From Phoronis australis (Eukaryota > Animalia > Phoronida), in contig NMRA01000901.1 of assembly GCA_002633005.1 (NCBI GenBank), positions 1 to 64,000 on the forward strand: a stretch of 64,000 nt of DNA. Direction: 5' to 3'. The position numbers were made by a program, and so were the translations under genes. Under the pieces are notes generated by a model that did not search any database, had not been told where the DNA came from, and saw only the letters and a program-made list of their open reading frames with translations. This document shows positions 27,467 through 38,689 of the stretch, piece by piece. Positions within the stretch are counted from its first letter, which is position 1, and each line of letters starts with the position of its first letter.

Positions 27467-30400
27467 GTAAGTTAGTAAAACTTTCATTTTCGAGAACACG
27501 TGTGTGTTTAGACATGGACACTTGTCTTTCTCCTGTATATTTGAAAATCCCCATAACATATAAAGCACATTTTCAAACCTGTGCAACGTAGGTGTTCAGG
27601 TTTGTGTTTTGGTGTGGAATGTTCAGATGAGATTTTATTACTCAGAATCTCTTATTTTGGTTTATGTTATATTGAAACAGCAAATGTTAAAACTCCATCA
27701 TCTAAAGCAAAACAGTACAATGTTGCGGCAAGAATAAATTATCCGATCAAAATGATTTTTCGCTCCTTTAGAGAATATCATTGTATTCACTATAACCACA
27801 GAAGGAAAAACATCATGCGCCATTGCATCGATGTATGAAGACGCTGAAACTTTGTCGAGACCAGTCATGTTCGTCACCTTAATGGGAAGCTTTATATCTT
27901 GATCATTCTTACAGCGGTTCTGTGTCTGCAATGTAATGGTGTTCGCCATTCTCTGTTTGTAGTCATGGTGTACACTAGAGGTATGTTGATAAAGATCCAA
28001 ATAAACTCCCGTAAGTCCGATTAAGGATTGTTTTTGGGATTTGGAAAGTACTGCCAGTTTTTTACTTGATACACTTTTCAAAAACATTCGGGATTCGTCT
28101 TTGTTTTTAGTGGTTATGGTTTTCATTACGTGCATAGTTACTAAATATTTTTCTGGCATTTACAAAAACTTTTAGAAGTATTTTAGAGTCAGACACATTT
28201 TGCTGGTTTCAGCAGAAATAATAGCAACAAACTCATACCAAGTATTTAATTCTATTGGAAAAGACAAAAGCTGATGCCTATTCAGTATAAGTTTATGACA
28301 TAATCATGTAACTTACATGTAACGAACGCGTCGTTCATCAAAAGAGTGTTGATGCAGTTTCCCAAATACTGTAGCCGTAAAAGAGTCGCAGTTTTAGCGC
28401 AATAATAATATAATAAACATTTAATTGTGATTTTTATTTCATAGAGCCGGTTCCTGAGATTAAAAGATGTTGATTTGGAGTTGATTTCCTGATATTTTGG
28501 CGTTTAGTAGCAGCTTCCAACGTGACTAAAATCGAATGAAACTTTGTATTTTTTTAAGAAGAGTCATACATTTTTTCACATCAAGTAATTTTGTTTCACA
28601 ATGTCAGTAACATACTTGCTCATCTAGTGGAATTTAGCAACGTCATCATGACTTTGTAGTTTTAGCGATTTGACGTCAAATTTCGCATTGTTAGGGGAAT
28701 ACGTTTTGGGTTAAAATACCTCGAAAATTGAAAACAATAATAATTTAATTGTCCAGTTCATAAAACACTGATCAATATAATATGAACAGCCCATTTTTCA
28801 AAAAAATATTTCAGTCAGTAGTTTAAATAGATGCGACTTTTTGTAAACATATGGAAAATTCGCACTTTTGTCGGAGGCGCCTTTTTTAAACAGCTGTGGA
28901 AGATACTAGGTAATTCTGCAACCCATATATGTTTTAGATTTTGCAGTAGGCAAATAATAAAATGCAAATTGTAAAAATATTAACAATCAATTAAATAGTT
29001 TCTAAGCCCCCAATAAAGTTTAAATTACACATTTAGAATGTTCTGTTATCATATATGTACATGTACTTCCTACCTGCAGGTATGATGTAACTTGTCCTTG
29101 CAAGATCTAGTCGAAAAACGCAAAGTTTACGCCTCTTAATTTCCACGACCCGCAATTTAGACCAAACTGATTATATGGCTTTTCATGACATGATTCATGT
29201 TATCAAAGTTTCCTAACATTTTGATTTAATCACTACATGCGCTTGTATACCACTATCTACACGGAGTTATCAGAGAAAAGTAAACGATCACGACGAACCA
29301 GATGTGTTTTGAATCTAATTCCAAAATCGCGCAATTAGACATAAATTAAACATTGATACCTTCATCTAGAAATGTTTTACAAATTCATAAAACACGTATG
29401 GTATTGTTTCCGGAGAAACGACAAGTGGTCAAATGTATTTGTCATATTGGCAAAATGTTCCTGGAAGACGGGTTTAGTTCAAAATTGTAAGGTTCATTCC
29501 ACTCCTTTGTCTCCCTAAACGTTTTTAATTCCAAGGTATTTGCTCTTGCAATTATGTCCCAAATATCCCCTGCCTCTATTCCATTGTTCTGGTTGCCGTA
29601 AAAAACACAATGTAAATAAAAAAATTGTTCTAAAAATATTTCAATCATTAGCTTAATGGGGTTATTCAGCAATCTTAACATTACTAAGGTCGCGCGTGTT
29701 CTAGTGGTGATAGATTAACAGCCTCGATTTCGCGAACCCTTTAAATACATGGTGAAATGGCTTGCAGCCGTGCCAGCTGAATCTGAGATCGTGTGAAAAT
29801 GGTGCTTCCATGAGAGGAAGTAAGCATGACCATATACAAAGGTAAGGTTTGTGATTATTTTAACGATAATTCCGTGTTTACAATACTGATACTTGGCCGA
29901 GGTCGACTTCCCGGCAGTCCCCAGTCGGTTTTTCGTTGTGGAGATTGATGTGTGTTACGATACTTGACGTACCACTCGGGATTTTTTCGTATATCAAAGG
30001 AGCATTAGTGGTTGGAATTCTTTCTAACAGGTTTAACGGAGACAGTTACATCAATCAATGCTGAAGTTTTATGCTATCAATTCGATATTGGTTAGTGAGG
30101 TAAGATTACAAAGCCCAAAAGGGTACATGGCAAATATCCGTCTATCTATTACGCGTTTGCCTGGAAATATGCCATGCCTGTTTTCAACTGACGTTTTTAG
30201 GTTTGAGGGCTAGTATCGTGGAGAGGAGATATGCATCGCTTCTGCAACAGTACCTGGTTTTAAGCAATTGACTGCAGATAGCTAACCAGCAAGATCTTCC
30301 TATCCAGTGCAGATCATTTGTTAAAACCTACTTTCTATATCGGAGACAAAGAACAAAGCCTTTGATAAGGGACAGGTATTTTTTAAAAAAGGTATGTAAG

Positions 30401-33234
30401 TTGTTTTGTTACTATACTTATTCAGGACCTTAGCACTGGATTGTCGGAGGGGGTTGGGGTTATAAAATTTGGTACACCTGAATGTGTGGAAATAACGGTT
30501 AATGGTGAGGTAATTCTTAACCTTCTTGGAGTTCTTTCACGTTTCATGAAACTGCTTTGCTGTACACTGTAAACCCCTAAATATTTATTACATTCTCTTA
30601 ATTCCCAACAACTGAACAGTCTTAACTCATGCCTTGAGCAAGTCGTTTATAAATTCATATGACCCTCATTTTGTGAGAAGTGCATTTTTGATGTGAACAT
30701 ACGAGTGAGGTCGTGTTTGAACATATGTTTCTTACCGCCAATACACAAACACTGGTGCCTTAGGATTTTTCTTAAAGAAGAAAAAAATCATCCATCATTT
30801 TTAAGAGACCCAAGTTTTCATATCCTCTATAAGAAGAAAAAAAATCTGAAAAACGGTTAACTCAGCCTTAGACAAGATATGTGGTTGAGAGGCCAATGAA
30901 TCTGTAGTCGGTGTTCATATTTGATAAAAGTATCAAAAATCAAAAGCTTTGAAAACGGGTAACAAAGGTTTCAAGTAGTCTCAAATAATTTGCATATTGT
31001 GAAGACAAGTGGTGCGTTTAAAGCATTGTTATGGCGGCCAATGTAAAATAAAGACGGACGCAGTCCTATACTTATCGATATTTATTAAAGTATATACATG
31101 TACACTGTAGCTTTCTTGGAAAAGCGATTATTTAATTTTGTGAGAAATTGTAAAGTAGTTACCATATCATGTTTTTGAAAAATGAGGACAACATTTTTGA
31201 CCAAACCTCACGTACTTAATCATTCATGTTTCAATATTTGTTCCAGGCTCATAAACATTTTTAAGGCCACTGCAAGCCGCAACTTAGTTAAGCTTTGTTA
31301 CTCTTTTCTCTTCCCAGTGCATGTTGTCCATACAGCAGCAGTGCTGCATGTCACAATGCACAAGAAAATGGCCCTGCAGAAATGTGAATCGCAGTACCTT
31401 ACGAAAATGCGCCAGTGTGTTTGTGTGTGAAGGGGAACTATACCTGACTGCTACACCAACCAGCTTCAGTGATGAGGATGCCCTTTCAAAGGCAATGAGT
31501 CACGTGTGGAGAACAATGGCTTATTTCATCTGCTGGAAGAAACATGAAGGACTGAAGCTAAAGAAGACCTAGTAACACTCTGGCGTAGTTCAGGGTCAGA
31601 TTTTGGGCACAAAGCGAGTCAAGTGATTTGCTGTTGTGTTTACCTCCAAGGATCTACATTTAATTGTGGACTTATTGAACCTGAATGAGTTAACGTGAAG
31701 AAAATCCAAGTGCTTAAACTGGACCTATTATACAGGCGCTTCTAAAGGCCATTAGAACGCTATCCCAGTGAAATGAAAACCAAAAGCACCTTGCATAAAT
31801 ACCTGTCCTTTCTCACTGAGTAACATCAACTTTTCTTTTCAGAAGAAATGTTTTAAACTAATGGTAAAAACTGTTCAACTTGGTATGCATTATGCAAACA
31901 TGACATTAAGGGACTGCGTCGATTGTGCATCGACTGTCTTATTGTCAGTAAAAAGCCCGTTATTATTACGCTTTGATGATCGAATATTTTTTTATCAACA
32001 GCCTGCAAGTTTGTCACTAATTATTCAAACCACAATATTTCTTCAGTTTTAAAGCATCATACAGTGCAGTTGTATTGCTTCTTTATCAGGCTGTAAAGAT
32101 TACCGATTACGCTTGAGAAACACTTTCCTGATGACCTAAAGAAATGTCCCGCAACAAAAACAAAGTATTCCCTCTTATTGCATTTGATTTGTTTATATGT
32201 GAAACTAATTTTAGATTTTGAACATTCATAATTTTGTGTTAACTTGACTCCCAGCAAAAGTTCCACATGCAAGCAAAGTATGATTTCAAACGGAGCTAGC
32301 CTGATAAGAGTCCGCTATGCACAAGATTGGAGCATAAGCAATAATCAGTGTATTTAAAACAAAATGGCAAAATGAAAAAACACATACGCACAACAGAACA
32401 ACATTATTTGTTAAAAACAATTGTAATTTTTCCCAATCAGGGATAGCAAGGGCTGACTTTTTTAATTGAAAGGTTCAATTCCCTCATCTTATTGCTGAAC
32501 GACTGCTTTTCACTTTGGCGAGAGGTAAAATTGGGTAAGGCGGCAGGTTTCAGTCGTTTTCTCTCACCTGTAACAGAATATTCAGAGACATGTTAGCAAA
32601 TTATTAAAGAAAACAAAAGACAAAACTACTTTTGTAAGGCAGAACTTACTTGACATTTCATCTTCATATTGATACAAAGACACTAATATTCTTTTTACCC
32701 AAGCCTTATTTAAGATCTGAATTAAAATACGTTTTTCTGATCTCAACAAATACAAACTCAATCTACGTGTAGGTGTCAATATTTATCACAATGCAATGTT
32801 ATGAATTTACTGAATACCTAATTCACGTTAATTCGGTAACTATAATCTGGCAGTCCCGGGGGTGGGGTTTGTTATAGAATAATGAAACCCACTCATCTAG
32901 AGAAGTTGATTGGATATAGCGTGGCATTGTAAAGTAACTGCTGTGAAAAAGTCGCCATTGACTTCTGAGTGGCACGTCCCATACCCGTCTTGTATTGGTA
33001 GCACTCCCGCCAGGACAATATGTGGGTATGTGGTGCTAGCCTAACTGGGTGCCGAGTGAGTTTTTGAAGAGAAAAACTTAGTTCCACTGAATAAACACGT
33101 TATTTAGAGGGCTATCTTGTGGGGAAAACATCACTGTACGATGTCGATAGAAACTTGATTGCTAAAAACTTACGAAGTAACGTGATCATGTAGTCTCTCA
33201 AAGGAAGACACACACGGGGTATGAGGCTACGCCA

Positions 33235-33475
33235 TCCACTCACTTTCTGTCACTTGGTTGACCCGTTTGACCGCAATTTTCCGCGCCTGTAATATTCTTA
33301 GGTGTTCTGGGAATTTGTGACCACCTGTCGACGAATTACACCAGGTAAAATAGCAACAATAAGGCTTTGCGCGACGAAGTATTTTGATAACAATTTCGTC
33401 TTTTTACCAGAAGACAGCGACGCATGCGCACTTCAATCACCACTAGTGCAGCAGCGACACCACGTCGAATTGAAA
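33235..33475. repeat. Dispersed repeat, inverted copy of 27005-27250
   Basis: Reverse-complement similarity to 27005-27250. Confidence 0.8.
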
Positions 33476-33719
33476 GTGGGTTTTCAGGAGCCATATAAGT
33501 GTTATACCTTTGCCAGAGACCTCTTTGTTTAATTGGCCAAAAAGGAAAAAATTAATTCGGTGAAGGGCGAATTTTTTCGCTATTTTGCAGTTGGAAAAAC
33601 TAAAATAGGAAACCTAAAAAACAACAATGTATTAAAACAGTTGCGAACACCCACGAATTTTACTTGAACATTAAGAGGGACGTGGATCAAACATGTAAAT
33701 GTAATATTCCTTTTTGCAG

Positions 33720-33769
33720 ATTTGGCGGCGTGTATTCTTGCAATCAATTTGTTTCAAGTAGAACAACTG
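33720..33769 (+). CDS. Gene B exon 5: end of LCCL domain
   Basis: ttttgcag|A TTT GGC...ACT G|gtaagt, 50 nt, FGGVYSCNQFVSSRTT. Confidence 0.85.
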
Positions 33770-34039
33770 GTAAGTAACCGATCTGACACATTTTCATAAG
33801 TTTAAATATCGCATCGAGTGTTCTGCGTTTTGTGTTTTTTCTTTGTTAAGTTGTATTAAAGCTGGATTTAAAACGTAATAATATTTTTTGAATTCACTGT
33901 AAATCGAGCATTACTTAAGTCGGCTATGAACCGGAGCTGTGCTAAAAAATCGAAATTTCAATCTAAACCACTTGCGTACTCAATTTTGTCACAAGCTACT
34001 CAAAAACTATTATTAAAATTTCTTGGTCGATTGACACCG

Positions 34040-35400
34040 ACCTCTTCTCTATTTATACTGTCACGGCGTTTCGGTCTGTCTATTCTCCGGCCAACGTCCG
34101 GTGTTCAGGCGTTCTTAGAAGAACAAGCACGGATGTGTGGTACATGTACATTCATTGTGTGATTTTTGCAGGATTTGTACCCACGATTCATGAAACTACA
34201 GATAATTCGAGTCCAGCAACTGAACCACTACACCACGGAGTCATCCACTTACTTACAGGAAATTTAATTATACTGTTCAGCCATTCACAACACTTTTACT
34301 GGTGCCAACGTATCGCTTGAATGAATCGTTTTACTCCACTAAATCATCAAATTTTGACGTATCGACGTAAAATCCTTGCAAATTCGTCTAGTTCTTAAAT
34401 AAACGTGTTGTTTTGTTTCACGGTTACGGATATTTAGGTATTTGAACGTATAGTGGCCTACACAGCTCGGTCAAGTTGTGCAAACTTCTAGATTCTGTAG
34501 GCCAATTTATCATGGTCGATCGCAAAACTTTGGGTCTGTTTGGTGATAAATTCGAATCATTCTTCCGTGAAATGCATACATGTGAGATAGCTGTGTGTTG
34601 TACTTTGAATCTTGCGATTTTTTCAGTTCTAATCACACAAAACTCTTGTTATCCCAGCCAGTGCCTTGGAACTCGACCAGGCCCGTCGCGGCCGCCGGGA
34701 CTGGACATCACGAACATATACCAGCTTAAGTAAGAAACTAAACCTCCGGTAACGAATAAACTATACTAGTGAGCAAAAGAAATAGTGTGGACGTAATTAT
34801 TTAGGTGAATTAGCGACGAAACTGCAAATATACTTACTTGTCGGGGGCGGTGAAGTCAAGTTGCCCTTTTACAGACCCATCAGGGCGAAAGTTGTACAAA
34901 AACAATGATGTGAATAATAAATTTGTGTATCTAAATGAAGATTCCCCTATCTCGTGGCCATATCACATAAGTCGAGTTATTTTTTTCACACCAGCTTTCT
35001 GTCAGCAAACACTGAATTAGCATGAGTCATGTGTCAGTCGCTTGTTTGCTTCGCTGAAGGAAGACATTGCCTTGTACTTTTATGTACATGGCTTCCTTGA
35101 TCTTTATCTTGGTGCAACCTGTTTCACTGTCAACTATTCGGATGTTTTTTTTTCCACTGGATGTCGTGTTGTTTCGACCACATATGTTCTACTACTCCAG
35201 ACGAGGTATTACACTCTCTACAACAACTCTTATATTCAGCAATTCTCGTCTACAGTGGTCTTAGTCTTTCATCGATATATCATTTACCACATTCACATGG
35301 GATTTCATAGGAGACATTTTTCTTATTTCCCAATTCAGTTTTTGGTTTCACTTTTGTCAGTCGCCGACCCAGTGTGCCTGAGCTGCGGTATACTGATCCT
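34040..35400 (-). mobile_element. Penelope-like element, left (minus) copy of an inverted pair, interrupted by ~0.7 kb of other sequence
   Basis: Minus translation TLGRRLTKVKPKTELGNKKNVSYEIPCECGK.YID...RIAEY...VEHMW (GIY-YIG); tRNA-like segment 34168-34242; decayed hammerhead 34061-34104. Confidence 0.8.
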
Positions 35401-35930
35401 TCTACAGTTTTCAGGAGGGATATCACATGGCATACTCCAGAGAATCTACCCAAGCAACAGAAAAGCCCCTCACATGTACGGTAAACCTAAGATACACAAA
35501 CCTGATATGCCAATGAGACCAAATATAAGCAACATTGGTTCGCCTTGCCACCAACAAGCTAGAATCCTCAACAGCAAGATATCCCCACTAGTTGTACATG
35601 AAATCCCATGTAAATGTGCTGGCTCATATATTGGTGAAACATTAAGACCACGGGAGAAGAGAATTGCTGAACATAAGAGGTGTTGTAGAGAGGGTAATAC
35701 CTGATCAGGAGTAGCAGGAGACATGTGGTCGAAACAACACAATATCCATTGGAATAACAACCGAATACTTGAAAGTGAAACACGTTGGACCAACATAAAG
35801 ATCAAGTAAGCCATGCACATTAATGTACAAGGCAGGTTCTTCAGTCAGGCAAACAAACAAACGAGTGACACCTGGCTCAGTCTACTTAGGAAAGTTTAAG
35901 TACAGTAAAATTTCCTCTAAATAAATGAAT

Positions 35931-36012
35931 GACACCGTGGTATAGTGTTTAAGGTGCTGGACTCGAATTATCTGTAGTTTCAGAAGACGTGGGTTCAAAT
36001 CCTGCCTCGGAC
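35931..36012 (+). pseudogene. tRNA-Ser(CGA)-like sequence embedded in the PLE 3' region (not a functional tRNA)
   Basis: A-box-like tggtatagtgtttaagg, ctggactcgaa anticodon region, long variable arm and B-box ggttcaaatcc; stems are poorly paired. Confidence 0.7.
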
Positions 36013-36075
36013 AATAAATCACACCATGAGTATACCAATTACTGTATCCGTGCTCGTCCTTCTAAGAACGCGGGA

Positions 36076-36119
36076 TCACCTGACGATGGGCGGAGAATAG
36101 ACCAACCGAAACGTCGTGA
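36076..36119 (+). ncRNA. Minimal type I hammerhead ribozyme motif (PLE-type)
   Basis: Stem I tcac/gtga, core CTGACGA (36080-36086), partly mismatched stem II, then GAAA-CG-TC (36108-36115) with the palindromic ACGT minimal stem III. Confidence 0.7.
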
Positions 36120-36332
36120 CAGTGTAAAAAGACCAAGAGATTTTAATAATAATTGTAATACACCACCACCTCAGAGCGGTTTTAGAAAGTCAGCTACTTT
36201 AAATATATTTTTCTGGATGCTATGACTTGTCGGTAATTTCCTACAGTGTACTTGGACACTACCTTTATATTTTAGTCCAGGAGCGTGTTAAATGTATCCG
36301 AATGTCTATTTGGTGGCTACCGTACATTCCAG

Positions 36333-36596
36333 AAACATTGTATCGTCTTGACACGCTTTCATCAATGGGCTCCCCAATCATCCGTGTCTACGGAGGTAGT
36401 AACGTTGACTTTTCCACTGACGTCATATCAGCCAGCGTGTATGACACTACAGTCATAGCATCACCGGCACCAACAGAAGTACACTCCAGCAATACCGTGG
36501 GATATAAAGAGTACCTTATACATACTGGAGTTAATGTCTTCACGACTACTGGAAACAAGATGAATTTATATTCCAGAATTGTGAATATTAATTACG
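36333..36596 (+). CDS. Gene B exon 6: about 88-aa segment, possibly a degenerate Tie Ig1-like domain
   Basis: cattccag|...|gtaact, 264 nt, phase 1-1; homologous to 3093-3362. Confidence 0.85.
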
Positions 36597-37242
36597 GTAA
36601 CTGCTTGCGGTGAACAAAACATGTATTCCGAGTAAGCACTTGCTGATTATGAGAAATACAACGTACAAATCCGTTCGCCGGATGCCTTCCGCCATCTAGA
36701 GTTGGTGCAACTGACGTGAAAATGTGACGGCGTTGTAAAATTATTCAGTATACGCATGAATTAAATTACCACCCTCCATTAAGGAAATGTGGTGATGTTG
36801 AAAATACTGATTAGCATCCTCTCATGTTGGCATCCAAATTTACACAAGTTGCATTTTTTTCAGTCTTTTGGTATGATCCAATTTCCACCATAATCCAGTG
36901 TTCCATGTATTTTTCTGAAACCTCAGACTTGCACCTTCTCAGGTAATCTGGAAGAAGTGGCTAAAGTGGTTGAAGTCACTTAGCCTTTGTGAAGAACCCG
37001 AAGTTCTTAAACAATTCAGATGCACGTGTCATTTTGAGGTTAAAAACATGTCTAGTTCAGGAGGCATCTGTGTCCAAATTTACTCTTCCGTTAAAGTAGA
37101 CATTTTACTATGATTCTTGGCACCATTTGTTTTAAATTATCGCTGACCGTGCATGTAACAGCACTGAATGGTTATTACCTTAAACATTTACAAGGTCATA
37201 TCGTTTTAGTTTACGTGGATTTAATGTTGTCATTTCGTTTAG

Positions 37243-37482
37243 GCAATGTTCCACTCCTTAGTGCTGAACAGTCGTCAACACTGAGGCTTATTTCTCCGTC
37301 GTTAAACTTGACAGCCGACGCTGGGAAGGCCATTGACGGCAACCCTTCCACAGACTTCATGAGAGGACGATCGTGTTCTCACACTTTAAAGAGAAGCTCC
37401 TTGCAGAATCCATGGTGGAGAGTTGAGTTGGATGGAATATACAGTGTCCATGGGATAGAAGTGACAAGCAGAAACGGTTCAC
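37243..37482 (+). CDS. Gene B exon 7: N-terminal half of F-type lectin domain
   Basis: cgtttag|...|gtgagt, 240 nt, AEQSST...KAIDGN...CSHT...NPWWRVELD...VTSRNGS; 64/80 aa identical to gene A exon 7 by manual count. Confidence 0.9.
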
Positions 37483-38689
37483 GTGAGTGTATTTCAATTT
37501 GGAGTCCACTGAAATATACATTTAATTCAAGGATTTCATTAACGTGCTTGTGTTGTTTTTGTCAAATTAAGGCCAGTTGCCTCAGGTACATGTAAATATC
37601 TAGTGACATTCCGGCAAAATTAGAGACGTGGGCTGCAATTCGTAAAAACAAGAATTTATCGAATAAAACCTGTTGTGTGAAATTCATCATTGAGGGCTGA
37701 ATCAGGTTCTGGATCAGGCGCCATGATCTAACTTGTTTACTAGTAATCGAACTTGAAATTTTTGTTTGCATATTTCATTCTACTTTGGTGTAGACTCAAG
37801 GTAAGGGTCTGAAATGTATGCAAGAGTATGTCATCATTAACGTGTAGGACTGTGTTATCCTATTTTACACGATGTGACCCCAGTGTTAAGGCTACGAGTT
37901 GAGTCTTCGTGGACTCGAAATATCGATTTTTGTCTTGAGTTCGTACTTTAGTCCAGAGGCATTATCCAGAAGAGAGCACTGTATAAAGTTCTAGAAGTAT
38001 TTTTAGTAAAAGTTGGAACCAGATTTTTAAACAAATTCCGTGTATGGAAAATTCAACTACATGTAGTCGTTTTCAAGCCGAATTTAGCGTTTTGAACCTC
38101 TAGTTAGCATAAACAAAATTGCGGCCAAATTGTGAATTTCAGGTGCGTCCATACAGTAGAAATCACGAAATGTCTTACCTGAACACATCATATAAATAAT
38201 TTTTGAGCAATACATAACATATGGAAACTAAAAAAATTAAAACTCCAAAAACTGATTATGCCAATTAGGTACCGCTTTTACCATTCCCAACAATTTTCCC
38301 CAAAACTTTGTCTTCTAGCAGTCTAATTTGAAAAATGAGGTGTGATCACTTATGTCTGCATGGTCAAAAATTATGATAAAGACACGTTTGGACCGATTTA
38401 TCTCATATTTACAGAATGCGGAAAACTAAGTCGTTGGTCTCAAATGCTCATTTAGCACGGTGTCTCTATTTTCACTTAATATAAGGACAAATGTTCATAC
38501 TATTCTGTATTCTTCCATTTATAAAAGTCAAAAATAGTTATTGATAATTAAGACACAGTCCGTTTTCATTAGATTGTCAGTTGTATAAATTGTTTTCAGG
38601 CCAGCGTAACACAATTTTAGATTTCACGTTTTGGTACTTTTTACACGCATGAAGCAAATCGAACTGTTTTCTTGCAAGGAGTCTGGTCG

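Larger units (their letters stand above)
35400..36150 (+). mobile_element. Penelope-like element, right (plus) copy with RT core deleted
   Basis: MYGKPKIHKPDMPMRPNISNIGSP (PLE RT N-terminal motif) runs directly into EIPCKCAGSYIGETLRP...RIAEH (GIY-YIG), followed by 3' tRNA-like and hammerhead segments. Confidence 0.85.

Noticed and set aside
29740-30375. TATA-like site with donor at 29841 and acceptor at 30200 (internal promoter of gene B)
   Set aside because: No coding signal or paralog support; such motifs are expected by chance in AT-rich DNA.
31321-31572. Cys-rich CXC-like ORF
   Set aside because: Short and degenerate; probably a transposon tail, but not classifiable by eye.
34658-34729. 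Phase 1-1 candidate exon SALELDQARRGRRDWTSRTYTSL with a furin-like RGRR site
   Set aside because: No counterpart in gene A, and it lies in sequence interrupting a Penelope remnant; exons 5 and 6 join in frame without it.
35700-35706. In-frame TGA in the PLE endonuclease as possible selenocysteine
   Set aside because: The sister copy has a Ser codon (TCG) here, so it is ordinary decay.
35931-36012. Functional tRNA-Ser gene
   Set aside because: Acceptor and anticodon stems do not pair well; embedded in a retroelement.
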